Positions 1 through 14,400 of a stretch of DNA of 64,000 nt are shown here, in pieces. Below the pieces are notes generated by a model, which was given only the letters and a program-made list of their open reading frames with translations, was not told the DNA's origin and searched no databases. Source of the DNA: Convolutriloba macropyga (Eukaryota); the NCBI RefSeq assembly GCF_964194025.1, contig NW_027451928.1, positions 1 through 64,000 on the forward strand, given 5' to 3'. The position numbers were made by a program, and so were the translations under genes. Within the stretch, counting starts at the first letter, position 1, and each line of letters begins with the position of its first letter.

Positions 1-211
1 GTTTTTTTTTTGGGGGGGGACGGGGTAGGTAGCTAAATGGGATCAAATTTTCTCAAGTTGACCTCTTCACCTTGAATTACAGACTGTTACTAAGCTATTG
101 TTAAAATCCAATATTCGAAAACAGAAGTCAACAATCAGAAACGGAGGTAAATGCTCGAACTGAAAGAAGTCAAAATTCAAGTCATGAACAAACTTGCTTT
201 CTGCTAAAAAA

Positions 212-363
212 AAAAACCTGTAGAATATCATTACTCCTCTTCGAGTCGTAAAAACCTGTAGAATCTCATTACTCCTCTTCGAGTCGTAAAAACCTGTAGA
301 ATATCAATACTCCTCTTCGAGTCGTAAAAACCTGTAGAATCTCAATACTCCTCTTCGAGTCAT
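212..363. repeat. 38-bp minisatellite x4 (AAAAACCTGTAGAATMTCAWTACTCCTCTTCGAGTCGT)
   Basis: Four near-identical adjacent units. The same unit recurs as ~2 diverged copies at ~40135-40210 and ~42430-42505, so it belongs to an interspersed element. Confidence 0.9.
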
Positions 364-850
364 AAAAAACCACGATGTCCCCAATAATAGCCGCTATCGC
401 TTCGCGGCTATTAAACATAAATAATTATCGAAAGCTACTCGACTCCAATGCACCCCTCCCTTTTGCTACTCCTTTCCCCCTTTCCCCTGTCTCAGTTACG
501 TTTACGATAACATGACTACCCCATCTACTCGCGAGTCGTTTGAGAGCAATTCTCGCAACGTTAGTCGGTTATGTTTTGGATTAATTACTCCAGTTGCTTT
601 TTCGGATCTTTTCCGTTTCTGACCCCCAGCCTAGTACGTACATACTATTTGCAACCTCCAGAACACGTGCTATATTAACACAAATATTTGCTGCACTGAA
701 GCACAGGTGTGTGCCATAACGTACTGGGGGAAGGCGGGGTAGGGTCAATAACTTATCAGCACAGAACCACGCATATATTTGTTCCCACATGCAAAGCAAA
801 ACAATTCACAAATTCGTCTATTGTAGTAGTAGTTATGAACACAAACTAAC

Positions 851-2888
851 TCGACTAAAACAGAAGGAATTATGCGATTCAACTTGTTCAAGGTGGCTAT
901 CTTTTCCTCTTTAGTTGCTTGTTGAGGCGCGACTACTTTCTCCCGAATGGCACAGGGCAATCTCGGGTAGGACCCAGTCGACAACACATCCACTGCATGT
1001 GGTATGTAGAAGGTGGGCAGCTTTGCATTTGCTGTAACGCAACATTAAGAACTTAATTGTTTATGTACAAGAGTTCTAAAAATTGACTAAATAATTGAAT
1101 CGAAAGCCAAAAAATAAAATCCCCGCCATTCCGGAAGACTAGGAACTCAGCGGACTCCGTTTTTTTCTTGTGGATTCCGAAGATAGACTACCCATATTTC
1201 AGGCTAAATTTTTCAGCTGGGGCTATTTATTTAAGTCTATTGGGCAAGAAAAACTTACTTTAAAACCGAAGATTGCATTCTTGAAAAAAATTGCTCGAAA
1301 GTGAACGTCCGAATAATTGTAACCTAAGTCTTCATTGGCCATGATATGAAGTCTATCAGCTGTCATGACAAAGTATGATGCCTGTGTGTGAAGGAAATGA
1401 GTCATCTGGGCACTGCCATCTACCCTAGAGGCTCCAGCAGCCCACTTGGCCAGAGCCAACACCCTCACTAACATCTGTCTGGTCCTCACACACCACTTAC
1501 ACAACTCCACCTGTGCAATCAGACATTATTATAATCTTTCTAATGAAGAACCAACGGACGTTAAAAAGAATTTATTTATCCGAATCTAAATGTTACATCA
1601 ATATAATTAATATATCAATATATCAGCACAGAGGGAGACTCGGAAAGCCCCGTTGTCTGTCCTCTCCAATGCAAAATATTGTGCAGTAATTTGTATATTA
1701 TTCATTGGAGAAATTAATTAATTCTTTCTTTCTTTCTTATATGGAACAGGTCTGTAGAGCCCTCAGAGTGCCTACACTAAGAACTATTAATTAACGTAGT
1801 TTTAAAGAATTTAAATTTTTATTTATTTTTTAGGTATTGTAGAGGAAATTATACTGATGGACAGTAGAATTTTTCTCTCACTCTAATATATCGTTCAATA
1901 GTATTTTTGTATTTGGTAGCTAACATTCAACATTCTTTTGAAGTTGAAGTTCGAAAACGTCCTGTATTCTGCTAAGATGAGAAAATTCTGCAAGTCTTCA
2001 GAATAATCCAGTGGGTTGAACTTTTCAGAAAAGTCAAATTTACGGTCTCCTACCCCCCCCCCCCTATCAACCACATAGCTGGCTCTGCTATGTAATGGCA
2101 TAAAATTTTTTAATCGGGACGTGCATAATGCACTGGGGAAGAATAGCAGAAAAGATCCATTTCACCTTTCGTTCAACGTCCGGCTTCCGGGGTAGCAATT
2201 CCGTGAGCACCATCAATTCATGATACGCAGTTTGAATTGCTCTCTCTATGATCAGTGACAATTTCACTGTCTCCTGCTGAGGCACACCATCAATGGGAAC
2301 AACAGCAGTCTGTCTCTGGAAATTCATTCACCCACTTCGCTCAAGTTCATTTTTTTTTCTTTTTCTTAAGATACTACTAACATATGCGAGCTTTGCAATA
2401 CATTGCCGTTTCAAGCTCGATTCATTGACGAAAAAAGGATTCAGGAAAGGTTGAACAAGCTGCTTTCGGTGCCTCCATTGAGCTCTAACTCAATAAACTC
2501 ATTCTTGATTGAAACTCCTCAATAGCGCAATCTTCGAAAGGCATTAAAACTAGATCCAAATCTCCATATTTAAAAATGATGAGTTTATCTTCTAATCTTT
2601 AGGCATTAACTGCATTGAGCTTCAGATCATTAATTTCAGAACAATCATAAAAATTATAAAATGCATCTGAACTCGCACCTTTTTCAATGAAAAATATGTG
2701 TTGATGTCATACTTATCTGTCAAAAAATTCATCATCAAGACAATGACACTTACGTCTTCCATGACTGCATGGCCAGCCATTTGAGTGACCGATGGATCGA
2801 GGGAGGGTGGCAAGGGTCCACTGTTTGCAAGGAGAGGGTTGTTGGACTGACCCGAACTACCCACTAATGCAGACGTGCTCATTGCCAT
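851..2888 (-). CDS. MED14: Mediator subunit 14, 5' exons; gene presumably continues beyond the left edge
   Basis: GT-AG exons traced by eye: 2888-2754, 2315-2166, 1510-1324 and 1031-~851 (last donor uncertain). Peptides AYHELMVLTELLPRKPDVERK, RTRQMLVRVLALAKWA and LPTFYIPHAVDVLSTGSYPRLP match the MED14 N-terminal domain. Confidence 0.9.
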
Positions 2889-5129
2889 AGAAAACTGAAA
2901 TAGTTGCTACAACTAACAAGGAAACTTAAATTTTTATGGATGCATTTGAAGAAGATTGATTTCTACGTATAAAGTATGCAAGACAACAGAAAGCAAGACA
3001 AGATGAGCTGTGTCATACCACAATGGCGGCTATAATTTCGCGGGTAAGAGGGAGGGTTGGTATAATGCGAAACGCTTATAATGGAATATAATGAAATATG
3101 ATTGCGCTTTACTTTGAATACACTCGCATTACGTAATTACATGAGACAGCTTAAGTTACGATCAGGGTCGACAACGTTTCTCAGACCGTTAAATGGTGAT
3201 TCGCTTTTCAGCAGCTCTGTGAATTTCTCGAAGTGGCCTCAACCAGTACATGATACTGGGCATATTTAAGCGCGGGGGGGGGGGGGGGGGCAACGACCCA
3301 AAGCGGTTTTAAAGACATCATTAAATAACACTTTTAAGATTTTCAGTGAAAATTTAAACCGATTCCCGTGCACTTTTTATTTGACTTTGAGTAGTAAACA
3401 ACCATCAATTGAGTTCAGCTGCTTAAAAACAAAACAATGTAATGTTTTTTTCATTTATGAAGTTCAACTAACTAATATAATTGATATAGACTGAGGCACA
3501 TGTAATGAAAACGGAACCATTCCATGGACAAAAAAACCTAACGCTCTAGTGTTATAAATTGCTTTAAGAACAAAATGCAATAGTGGGGTGCAATTGAAAC
3601 TTGAAAACATAACCGACTAACGTCGGGCGAAATGCTCTCAAACGACCGGCGAGCAGTAGGCTTCCGAGGTAGCCAGCTGGGGCTCAGGGATGCTAGCATT
3701 GGGGGGGGGGTTCAAGTGATGGGGAAGGGGTGCGTAGGGTTCGGAAGGCTTGAGGAGAGTGGCTCCAAATTGCCAGGTGCACGGTGTGTGTTGGGGAGGG
3801 GGCTGACTGGGAGGCGGGCAAGAGGGGCTGACTGCGGTGGAGGGGGGGGGGGGGTGAATGAGTGTGACGCCAACAGATTACGAATCGCCCTTCACACGTG
3901 GAAATTGTCTCCTCAAAAGTTTCAGCGAATAAAAATCTACAATAAAGTTAGGCTTGGTCACTGAATTGAAAAGTTGATGAGTCATTGTTTCGTACTTTTT
4001 ATGCGTCCCACATTTTTTTCAAGATTTCAAGTTTGATATCACACTAGATTTCAATGTTGATCAGTTTTCACACTGTTGCATTGAAATGAAGCTACCAAAA
4101 TGGTAAAATATGAGCAATCAACTGAGCAAATTTCTTAAAAATTATTCGAAGCCTTCTTGGAGCCGGAGAAAAAGAATTCTCTTTCAAAGAAAAAGAAATC
4201 TCACTTCTAAAGCGATATTTAAAAACAGGAAACAGTCATAAAAAGAAACGAATTTCGAAAGCAGGATTTTTGTTAAGAACTATAATTGATTCAATACAAA
4301 GAAATAATTTCATAGTTTACTCATTTTTGAAAACTATAAAGAGTAACATCGAGAGTGACACAAGACACAACAGAGCTTGCTGACAACTTCTGCAATCCCT
4401 TTGCTCCTACAATAATACCAAACAAAACTTGGAGATTATTTTAAGAAACCATTACTAAAGATGAAATGTCAAAAATACCAAATAAGGAGTTATCAAAAAA
4501 TTGGATGCGAAAAACGCTATCGACGACGATTGCGAGAAGGACGTTTTGTTTGACGAGAAGGAAGAGAGTAAGAACTAGAAATACCACAAAACTAACTCTA
4601 AGAAAAAACTTTGATGGGAAAAAATTCTTTCACAATATTCAGAATTGCAATTTAAATATAAATTTTCATTGAATTCTCTTTGAGTTTTGAAGAGTAAAAT
4701 TTAGGTCTAAATAAGTTAGAGTATAGTTCTGGAAAGCCTTTGGCAAATCGAGCTCGGCCTCAGGCGCCATCGGCGTCGAGCTAATTACCATAGGTTTCGC
4801 AGAACATATACTTAGTGACTAGTAAGGCGTAGGGCTCTAAGAGAGCTCCTCAGCCACTTAATGCCCTCTGGACGCTACCTGTTTATCCCGTTTTTGAGAA
4901 CAAAAAGTCAAAAGGGTTAGACGAAAAACGGTCAAGCGAAAATCGCAAAAAACGACCGAAGCACAATAATTGCTACATACTGTTTGAGAGAAATTTGGAA
5001 GTACCAACGTCTTAACTTTTGTGACCAACGATGGTAAAAAATCAAGACTTCGAAAATATGCCAGATTCAGCTCCGACCTCTTTTGGACCAAATATCTTTT
5101 CTATGAAACACCAGTTCATACCAAACAAA

Positions 5130-5570
5130 ATAATTTTTTCAACTCAGCATTCACGGCTCAGCTATTTATCTGCTTCATTGAGTAGAAAATACTCAGCACC
5201 AACCCGGACGAAAATTGATTTAAAAGTATGTAAAGAACTTCGAGTGAGCGTAAAGAACAAACTTGGAGTTAAAGTTTACGGCTTTGAGATTAATTGTCCA
5301 TATTGCACTGAGGCCACTTTGGATGCATTCGCTGTCGAACATTCGTAATTTTACAAGACAAGAAACAATTCACGAACGGTTCGCAACAGCCTGCACAACG
5401 GCTAACATCTCCAGTAGTCGAAAAACGAAACCATCGGTGATAGCCATTCGCAACCAGGTGATATTTTTCTGCTATCACGTACATCACGTCAAGCACGCTT
5501 TTCTGCTGCTTTCGATGTTAGGGTGACTTCTCTGCAATCAAACTTTTTACGAAATGTGGCTGAGAAGTGA
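5130..5570 (+). mobile_element. Decayed 3' fragment of a CRE/SLACS-type (RLE) non-LTR retrotransposon
   Basis: Reading through stops gives ELRVSVKNKLGVKVY..CPYC..LDAFAVEH..QPGDIF..AAFDVRVTSLQ. This resembles the Cys/His knuckle plus restriction-like endonuclease (RPGD..D.TV) of these elements. Confidence 0.6.
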
Positions 5571-8460
5571 GAAAATTGAGAATTGATCAATTGCAGCCTG
5601 CGTCAGTCGGGGGGGGGGGGGGGGGGAGGAGGAGGAGGGAGGGAGGGAGGGGAGCCTAAATGGGACTAAGAAGATCAAAAGTGTGCTTCAAATAACCACA
5701 ATAGAGGTTAACATATACCACTATATGGATTTAAAGTAAAAAATGACTCCAGTTTCAGCGCACTTTTCATTTGACTTTTAGTATTAAATTGCCGCCAATT
5801 GAGTTCAGCTGCTCGAAATTGTGATTGAGAGAGAAGTTTAGATCACGCGAAACGCAAAAAGTCAAGGGCGTAAAAGTCACTCGAAAAGTCAAAATTGTCA
5901 CGTGAAAATTTTGCATAAAAAAGACACACACGTTTACAATAATTGCTATGAATTTCGCTCAAGAGCAATTAAAAACAAAACAAATACCAACACTTTCAGA
6001 TAGCAGACGCTACCAATCGAATTTTCTATTGCTTTTGGCTGGCCGTCACAGTCAATCCCAGTAGTAGCAATTCTTACTTTTGCTGTATCGCTGATAGCCC
6101 GCGCGCCATAAAAGTATCCACTGTTTTCTCAGAGAAAATTCGAGCTCACCGAAAGGAAAGGGACTGGCTTCTCAGAGGCATCTGATTGAAAGCACCGGTA
6201 CTCATCTTTGAGTTCTGATGCGATGAAGCGGTGAGAACTTCAAATGTTGAAGCAATAAGAAAGACCACTGAAGGCATGTCAATTCCTCTAACAAGTTTAT
6301 CCACACCTGACCAAAGAGGGGTCAACGAAAAGCAATTGCAATAAACGCCTACTCAAAGTGTGGAGAAATGCGATGGGCTCCTAATAATTGATTCAATTAA
6401 TTAAATCTGTTCTATTGACAACCATAGTTACGCTAACCGCGATAATTCTTAACTATAAAACTATAAAACTTAAAGTAAAGAACACAGCTAAATTTGTTTT
6501 TATGCAAAATACTGATTTCCTCTTCACGTTTGACTCACTGCAACCTGCAGTAGCATTTTTCTTGATTTGACATTAATTTCATCAAAAAACAACCGAAAAA
6601 AAACGAAATGCATTAGCTTTTTCGGAACTAATTTAAAAAAACCAAGTCGCCATCAATTAATCTGACAAAATTTCTGCGAAGAAAATTCTTCCAGAACCAT
6701 TCGAAGAAAAACTGATAGAACACAAACACTGAAAAGACATTCTCCCATAACTTAATTAAAATTGGGTCATCTATAGAGCTCAAGATGGAACAGGGCATGT
6801 GTGACCAAACATTAAATGAATGGGTTTGGCTAGGTTTGAAAATCTTTGTAAAAGCGGGGATAAAAATCTCAAAAATAACCGGCTAAGATTGGTCAAATTA
6901 CTCTCAAACAAAAAGCTGGCTTCAATTGTGCCTGGCATTAGCCGGTGAGGGGCATAAGGTCAAAATGTTATTAGAGCTTCAAATAGACCACTCCTAATAT
7001 TCAAAACAAAAAGTGCAATCAATCGCTATGAGTTGACATTAAATGTTCAACTGTGGCATAAAAAGTAGGTTATTCAATTTGAAAAGAGCAATTTAGATCA
7101 CGTAAGAATTAAGTTGCCAAGTGTGAAAACCTGAGTCGAAAAAATAAAGGATAAATTAGCATCGAAAAGAAAAAAAAAGGAGCAACATAAATGCTACAGG
7201 CTTTATTTGAGAGCAAATAGAAATTTTAAACATGCCTGGCAGATTGCCAGAAGACAGCTGCGATAGCTTCATAGACCTGTAGTCAAACCCCAAATGAAAA
7301 GGCTGAGACCTAAAATTTCGAAGAAGAAAGTTTTTAGACGAACTGAAAGAACAAATGAATGAACAAAATCTTATTTGAAGGGTCTTGATGTCATATGGTC
7401 TGAACAGGAACCTTCACGACGATATAAAAAATACAGCCCCACTAATCCTGGATTACAATTCAAGAGAATTGAACAAAGTAAGAACCAATGCGAGACAAAG
7501 TAAAAGGACAACTAGACATTTAGCAAAAAATCCCGTTTTACGAATATCTTTGGGAATAAATGGTGTGAAAATATTAAAACAAGCACCTAAAACTTCAATC
7601 TTTAACGGCGATTCATCCTTAGAAAGCATAGATCAACTTGCGAATATATCAAAAAGCATATATCAAAAGCAGGTAAGGGACATTGTATCACAATGACAAC
7701 AAATGGAGGCAACAATAAAAAAAATGAACAAAGTATTTTTGAAAAGAAGGAGTCAAGGCAAAAAAAGCCAGTACAATAAATTGGAACCATTACTGGCCTT
7801 TCATTAATAAGACTAAGCAGCAGAACAATAAAAATACATTATATCCAAAATATCACTCATTTTTAAAATCAAGCCGCGTCAAAGTCGTTAAAACCATTAG
7901 ATATGAAGAGAAACCACTAAATAGCTCAAATATGATTAATTAGGGAGCCGATGTAACCTGTCAAATTGTCAGATGAAAAAAATATCAGACGTAAGTCGGT
8001 AATATGAGAAGTCCCATATAAAGAACGACAGGACTTATATGATTGCTACAAACTTAGCGTTTGAGAGGAATTAAAAGCATAGATCTTTTCTACTAAACTA
8101 ATCAGTCTCAACTAATAACTTTTATCAAATATTAGTAGTGTGGCTTGGAATAAACAGAAATCTGAGTTTAAAAAAATGCTCTTTTACTCCGTCTAAGGAA
8201 GAATGTCACATCAGAAAGAGTAAATTACCGCCTAGAATATTTATATCGAAAATTACCATTACGAATAAACAATAAAATATCAATTATTTGTTAATCAACT
8301 AGCTGACTTCCGGAAAAAGCAAAATGAAGAATTCAATAGTCTTTAACTTAGTTAAGGTCTTCATTTCGTAGTTCAGAAAGCGGTTATCAGGCTACAATTC
8401 CATGAGCACCAAAAATAACATACACAATCTCATAAGCTACGTTAGGAGACACAACAACTG

Positions 8461-11400
8461 TTACTCAGCTTTGTCGTGAACAACTCTACTTTGCTGTCGA
8501 ACAAGTTCATCGTCACTTTGACTAGCTTCGATAGTATCAACAGACAGGAATTTTACCGTCTTTGTTGGCGATACATTACTTCTAATCTCCGTAGCCATAT
8601 CATTGCTAGCTTCTTCCTCATCGCTTGGAGAGCTAAGCTGATAAGCGGGGAGGTTCACTGTACTATTTTCTGTAAACAGAGGTCCCTGTCCAATTTGTGA
8701 CTGATTTAGCTGTTCCAAAGAAGCGCTCAAAAGTGGCGAATCCGATACGGCATTTATCTGTTGGTTTTGGAGGAGATGAGTTTCGTGAAGCTCGTTAATA
8801 GCCGGGGTACTTTGGGTTATTTGGTAAAACTCAGTTTCGTTGATTGGATTCTCGGCGTCTCTGAAAAGGGAATTCTTCGACGTTGGATCTCCTTCTCCTG
8901 TCACTAATTGTGTATCTGGTAGAGATATGCTATGTTGCACACGTTGTCTGCAGTTTTGTGATGCCGAATTATGCGGGGGTTGAGGTGAGTGTTGTCTTTG
9001 ATGGACAGGTGTTGAGTTGTGAGATTGTCTGTCTGATTGGCTAACTGATTTTGCGTTTTCTCGTTGAGAATCTCGGTGACCTTTGATTATCTACAATACA
9101 CAAAAATATTTCACTTGAAATGATCTTCCGGTTAAAAATTCTAGCAAGAACAATGATTTCATTAAATTAACTCCTTAGTTAGACGTCTTTATGGAATCAT
9201 AGTTGATCGCAAATTTATAATAAGCTAAAAAAAGAAGAACATGGTTAATTTCCTCTGATGCACATAAGAAGAAATGCAAATGGTAAAAGAGGCAATGTAA
9301 AGTTAAGAATATAACATTGTGTAAAATTATAAAATCATTGTTTTTTTCCTCGGATTTTCTGCCCTGATTTCCAGAAATAGATGCACTTAGATAAAAACTG
9401 TTCTCGTAAAACAACAGAAGAAAACATAGCTGGCAGATTGCCAAAAATAGCAGCAATAGCTGTGTAGATCTGCAATCTCAAAAAATTAGTAAAAAAGACA
9501 GACCAAAAAATTCCTCTTTTCATTGAAGGCTGATATCTTATATTTGGTTAAATTTTGATTGAATTAAGTTTTTGCTGCCTCTATTAGCAGCTCTCTAACA
9601 ACCTTCATTTAGAGTAACACACGCCCATTTGACCTTATCTCTTTGAATTAAAGTAACGAAGAGTCAACTTCAAAGTGAGGAAGTCATTTTTGAGATTGAG
9701 GTAAGCCAAGTCTGACCAAAAATTTAATCACGCAAATGAACAAAAAACTCGCTCCACTAAGAGCGAAAAATGACGTCACGCACGCTTTTCAGTTGAAATT
9801 GCATGAACGAATGAACAAAAAGCAGATTTGAAGTGGTTGTGACGTCATATGGTCGTAAAAAAATCGCAACGACGAAATAAAAAAACCAAGAGAAGGCCAA
9901 TAATAGCCCCAGCTACAGCTGTGCGGCTATTTAAAAAATCTAATGCTCTCAATGTCATCTTTCATATCAGTTGCTTTTGCATCCTTCAAAAATTCTTTCC
10001 AAAAATGTTCTTTCAGTTCTTTTTTTTAAGGAAGCTTTCGATGTTGTTTTCAGTCTACGATTAGAAGGCAGACTATTACAAATTGGAATGGCTTGTGCAA
10101 TAAAAATCAGTTAAAAACTTATTGTTCTGTCTTATATCGAACGTTATTTATTAGAGATGTCATGTTGTTTTATTCTCATGACAGAGAGGTTCAATTTTAA
10201 GGAAGATTCAGGAAGATCGTTGCTGAGTAAGCGAAAAAAATATTTTGAGCAATGATATTTCAAGAGAAAAGAGACTGGTAATATTTTGTTGCGAAGTTTG
10301 AGATCTGTGGACCGATCGTATTTTCTCCTAATAAAAATGGTTTTTATTCCCCAGTTCAGTTGTTTTTCTAAAGTTGTGAGCAATGACTTTTGCAACCCTA
10401 TCAAAATTAAGCGGAATAATGTAGATGACTCATTACTATTGCATTAAGTAATAATATGTTCGTATTCTCTGGTCAAAAGTGTATTCAAAACTTTTATTCC
10501 ACAAGCCATTCTCCGAAGAATCTTTTTCATTTCTCCATCAAATTTTAGTTTGCTATCAATACTTATGCCAAGATACTACACACTATTTGACTCTGCAATT
10601 TTTTCACTGTGGACATTCAGAACAGAATTTGTTAACCTCTTCCTGGTGCTTAACACAATATATTCTGTTTTTTGTTTGTTCAAAACTAACCGGGACTTTG
10701 CCAGTTAGTGGTGAACAAACAAAATTACTTACTACATGAACAGATCGAAATTGTCATTTGTATTCGACACATCTTGAAATTGCAACCCACATAATCGGGT
10801 TTTCAATGCTGCAGTATACTCCTCGTGACCAGCCTGATCTTATAGCTTGGTAGTTATCTCAGTCTCCCGGCTCATTGATTGAGATAAGGTAATGGAATTA
10901 CTGATTGCATTTTCATTCTATTGTCGACCAGATTAGGACCCGAAACTCCCCTCTGTTTGGGTTGAGTTTCTATGAAAACAATCAGGGATCTCATTGAGCT
11001 CTAACAAGAATGGTTTTAGTTGCCTAACATTAGTCCTGAACAATTGGTCACAGACTAATCAAAATCGCTGGCACGCTGAAGTAGCAGAACATAGACAATA
11101 AGATAAGTTTCACAATACTGCTAGGTCCCTTAAGGAATCGTCAGGACGCATTCACAATTAGAAATAGTATTTGAATTTACCTGGCAAGACTGTTTGAGAA
11201 CATGAACACTGGTGACAAACTTGATTGCAATGCTCACTGGTATGATTACAGCTGCACTGCACAAGGCGCATATTGGGTCATTTAGGAACAGGATCTGGTC
11301 GAACGTCTGAAAACACAAAAAGTACTGTTATTAAGTATTTAAAGCAGTCCTATTCTTCAATACACAGCAGTCAAATCATTTTCTAAAGTGAGCTTCAAGG

Positions 11401-14400
11401 TGGAACTTTTCAACCTATGGCATAAATAGTTCTGACGAAAATACTTCACAAACAATATGAACAAACAAAAAAATCTATTTAAAAGTCTTGTTTAAAAATT
11501 TTATCTATACTTTCTACTCCGCGTTAGTGAAAATATCACCCTACTTTTTTTCTTTTACTATACAATACAAGCAATGTGACGTACAATGCAGCACATGATT
11601 CGTTAGCGAACGTTTGCAATTTAAAAATTTGATGTCATAAACTGGATTGCTGTTTGAAACAAAATAATCTGAAAAACTAAGCATATTTTTAAAACATGCT
11701 GGCCATGTTGATGGAACTGCTTCATAAGTTAGGCCTCGCAATCTTTACCTTTCAAATGACTTCATGGAACCTACTATACGTACCATATTCTTTATGTAGA
11801 AAATCGATTATACATTGTAATGCTCCAAAGCAGGACAAGGGAGGAAGAATTCTTTAACTCCTCCAATTGCACAAAAACTTTTTAACCGAACAATAAATTC
11901 TGATCACAATCCCCCTTTCAACTGATGGTGGTGACAATATGTACAATTGTTTTACCTTGAACAGTACACAGACTAGTGGAATTGGGTTGTGCCCCATCTT
12001 CCTAGCCACAACATCACAGTGCTCCGAGACAGAGTCCTTCTTCTTACTTCCCATCCAGTCCATCGCCAGACTCAGACGATACTCTACAAAATCACAATCT
12101 AAACAGCTCACTCTGCACTGTCAAAATAGAAACAATTTTTAAAAAAAGTATTTAACAGCTCTTCAGTTAAACTAAATGCCAGTAATTCAAAGAAAACCGT
12201 ACAAGAAGCATTACTTCTAAAATGCTGTTGCCACAAAAAATGAAGATGTTGACTTTGATTGTACTGAGTACTCAGAATTCTCAAACCAAAAAAAAAAAAC
12301 AAAATTAGCCAGAAATTTACCATAATTTTAACTTTGTCTTAATAATGAGTCAATTTTTGGTACCTATCTCAGAATCATTAAAACAAACAAAACAGTTCTT
12401 ATAAGTCCTCGTACCACGCAAGGCACCGGAAGGTTGTAATTGGGCGACAAAGATTCATGCACCCTAACTCAGATCTTGACAAATCAGTTGACATCTATAG
12501 CACTATCAAAGAAAAATTGCGTGGCATTTAAGCCTATGGATGATCATAGCTATTTATATGTAGCTTTAGCATTTTTGTAAATGACGTCCATTTTTCATCT
12601 AAGTAGTTGGCAAAAATGAAAGAAAAACTGTAGAAAAAATGTTTGGTTACAACTAATTATAGGTATGGCAATGACAAGAGTTGAGTATGAGAGAACATAT
12701 ATAAATAGTTTACGTTAAATTGCAAATTACTCAGAGTAAGGTCCTCTTGAGAGTGCCCGACGACATGTACGGATACGAAAGTTAATTAAAAAGAAAATTT
12801 GGGCAACACATTCTTCCCAACTGAATAAAAGCAAAGAGGGATCGTGTTACGAAAAGCATCTTGGAATAGAATAAAAAAGAGCACAACAGAACATAGCTGA
12901 CAGCAAATCACGGTGACAGTGATGATGTGACTCTAATATAATTGGCAATATCTGTATCTCAAGGCCGCTCGAGTTACGTGAGTAGTGATGTGTCTTTCAT
13001 GCCCCCCCCCCCCCCCCCCCCCCCCCGTAGTTTGCCCAGAAAGACACATCACTACTTACGTGAATATACACATCATAACCTGGAATCATTTCTTGTATCT
13101 AATTGGGACTTAGTAAAATTAGTCTCCAGTCAATAGGGCATAATTCCGTCAAAAATGGTTATCTTTATGTTAAAGTTTATATTTGTTAAAGGCGGTTTGA
13201 AAGAGAATGTCGAACGACCTCGTGACCTGTCCGTGTTATATCATTAATTATCAGTGTTACAACAAAAAATATTCTTTCTTACACATTCATTGCATCATTT
13301 ACGAGCAAATAAAACCATTTATGAAAAATCACAATAGTTCCCTTAACTATTATAAAGAAAATCTGAGCAGTAAGAGATTAAGGTGAAGTAGAATTGCCAA
13401 ATCAGACTAGAAAACACTTCAAAACGTTGCTTTTTATGTTGTTCGCGGCAAAAGCAATAGATCTTTCATAGATTTCAAATAGAAAACCGACAAGCCTACA
13501 TACAGAGAAAACCCAGATATAAGTTTGCCACTTTTACGTAAGCAACAGTAAGTTGAGTCCCACGTGACATCTCTTCAACATGCTCGTCAATTAATTGAAT
13601 TCGAAATTTTCACTCAAATTAATGGAGGCGCGACCAAGTTGAACAGATTTTAGGTGGGGTCAACTTCCTGTTGCTATCAGAAAACTGACCAACTTCTGTC
13701 TGAAATTTCTCTGAAAGCCGGCTCGTCAATTTTTGTCAAGCGAAATGTATTAAAGTTCTGATAATAATGCCTCGACCAGCATGAAAACCAATAGAAACAG
13801 TGAAAATTATTCTGACAAAAACTGACTTCAAAAACAGGCAGTTGACCATGTAAAACTGCATTTTATGCGTTTAGTTTTGCCAATGAGCGCTTACTTAATA
13901 TCGAAGGTAAGTTAGCACTCTACAGTTTCTTGTAATTTCTCGTAATTTCCTATCAAACATGAAATTTTGATCTCATAAATTATATGAAGCTAACTTACTT
14001 TTGATGTTGAGTATAATATTTTAGCAAAGATTCCTAACCTGAGTAAACATCAGCTGGTATTTCGTTGAATTTGGCAATGAAACAGTGCTTCACCCAATCA
14101 ACTATGATCTCCGAAAACCCAACCAGGGCTAACTCAGGCAACAGCTGTCCGAAATAAACCACATCCCAATTCAACTCTCGCAGGTTCCTCACTGACACTA
14201 TGACCAATAGAATTAATAGATGCAGTCGTTCTCTGACGTCAGAGCAGGTAAGCTGGTACAAGTTGTTTTTGTCGAATTTCTTGAACACCGTTCCCTTCAG
14301 CTCCGCAAAATTGTTCGACATCATCACTATTAAGAGACTCTTGTTGTGCGAATTGAAGGCAACACTGAAAAAAAAAGAATTAATTTCTCCAATGAAAAAA

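Noticed and set aside
212-363. 38-bp repeats resembling a CRISPR array
   Set aside because: Units are contiguous with no unique spacers, there are no cas genes, and the context is a eukaryotic intron.
3632-3964. Gly-rich ORF (similar ones at 55342-55633)
   Set aside because: Arises from G-tracts inside HINE family 2 copies.
8461-8940. 159-aa ORF as a separate gene
   Set aside because: It is in frame with the acceptor at 9091 and forms the last TAPT1 exon.
13070-14000. Possible decayed CR1/L2 LINE traces (also ~4000-4700 and ~10100-10800)
   Set aside because: Only faint motif fragments; too degraded to call without a search.
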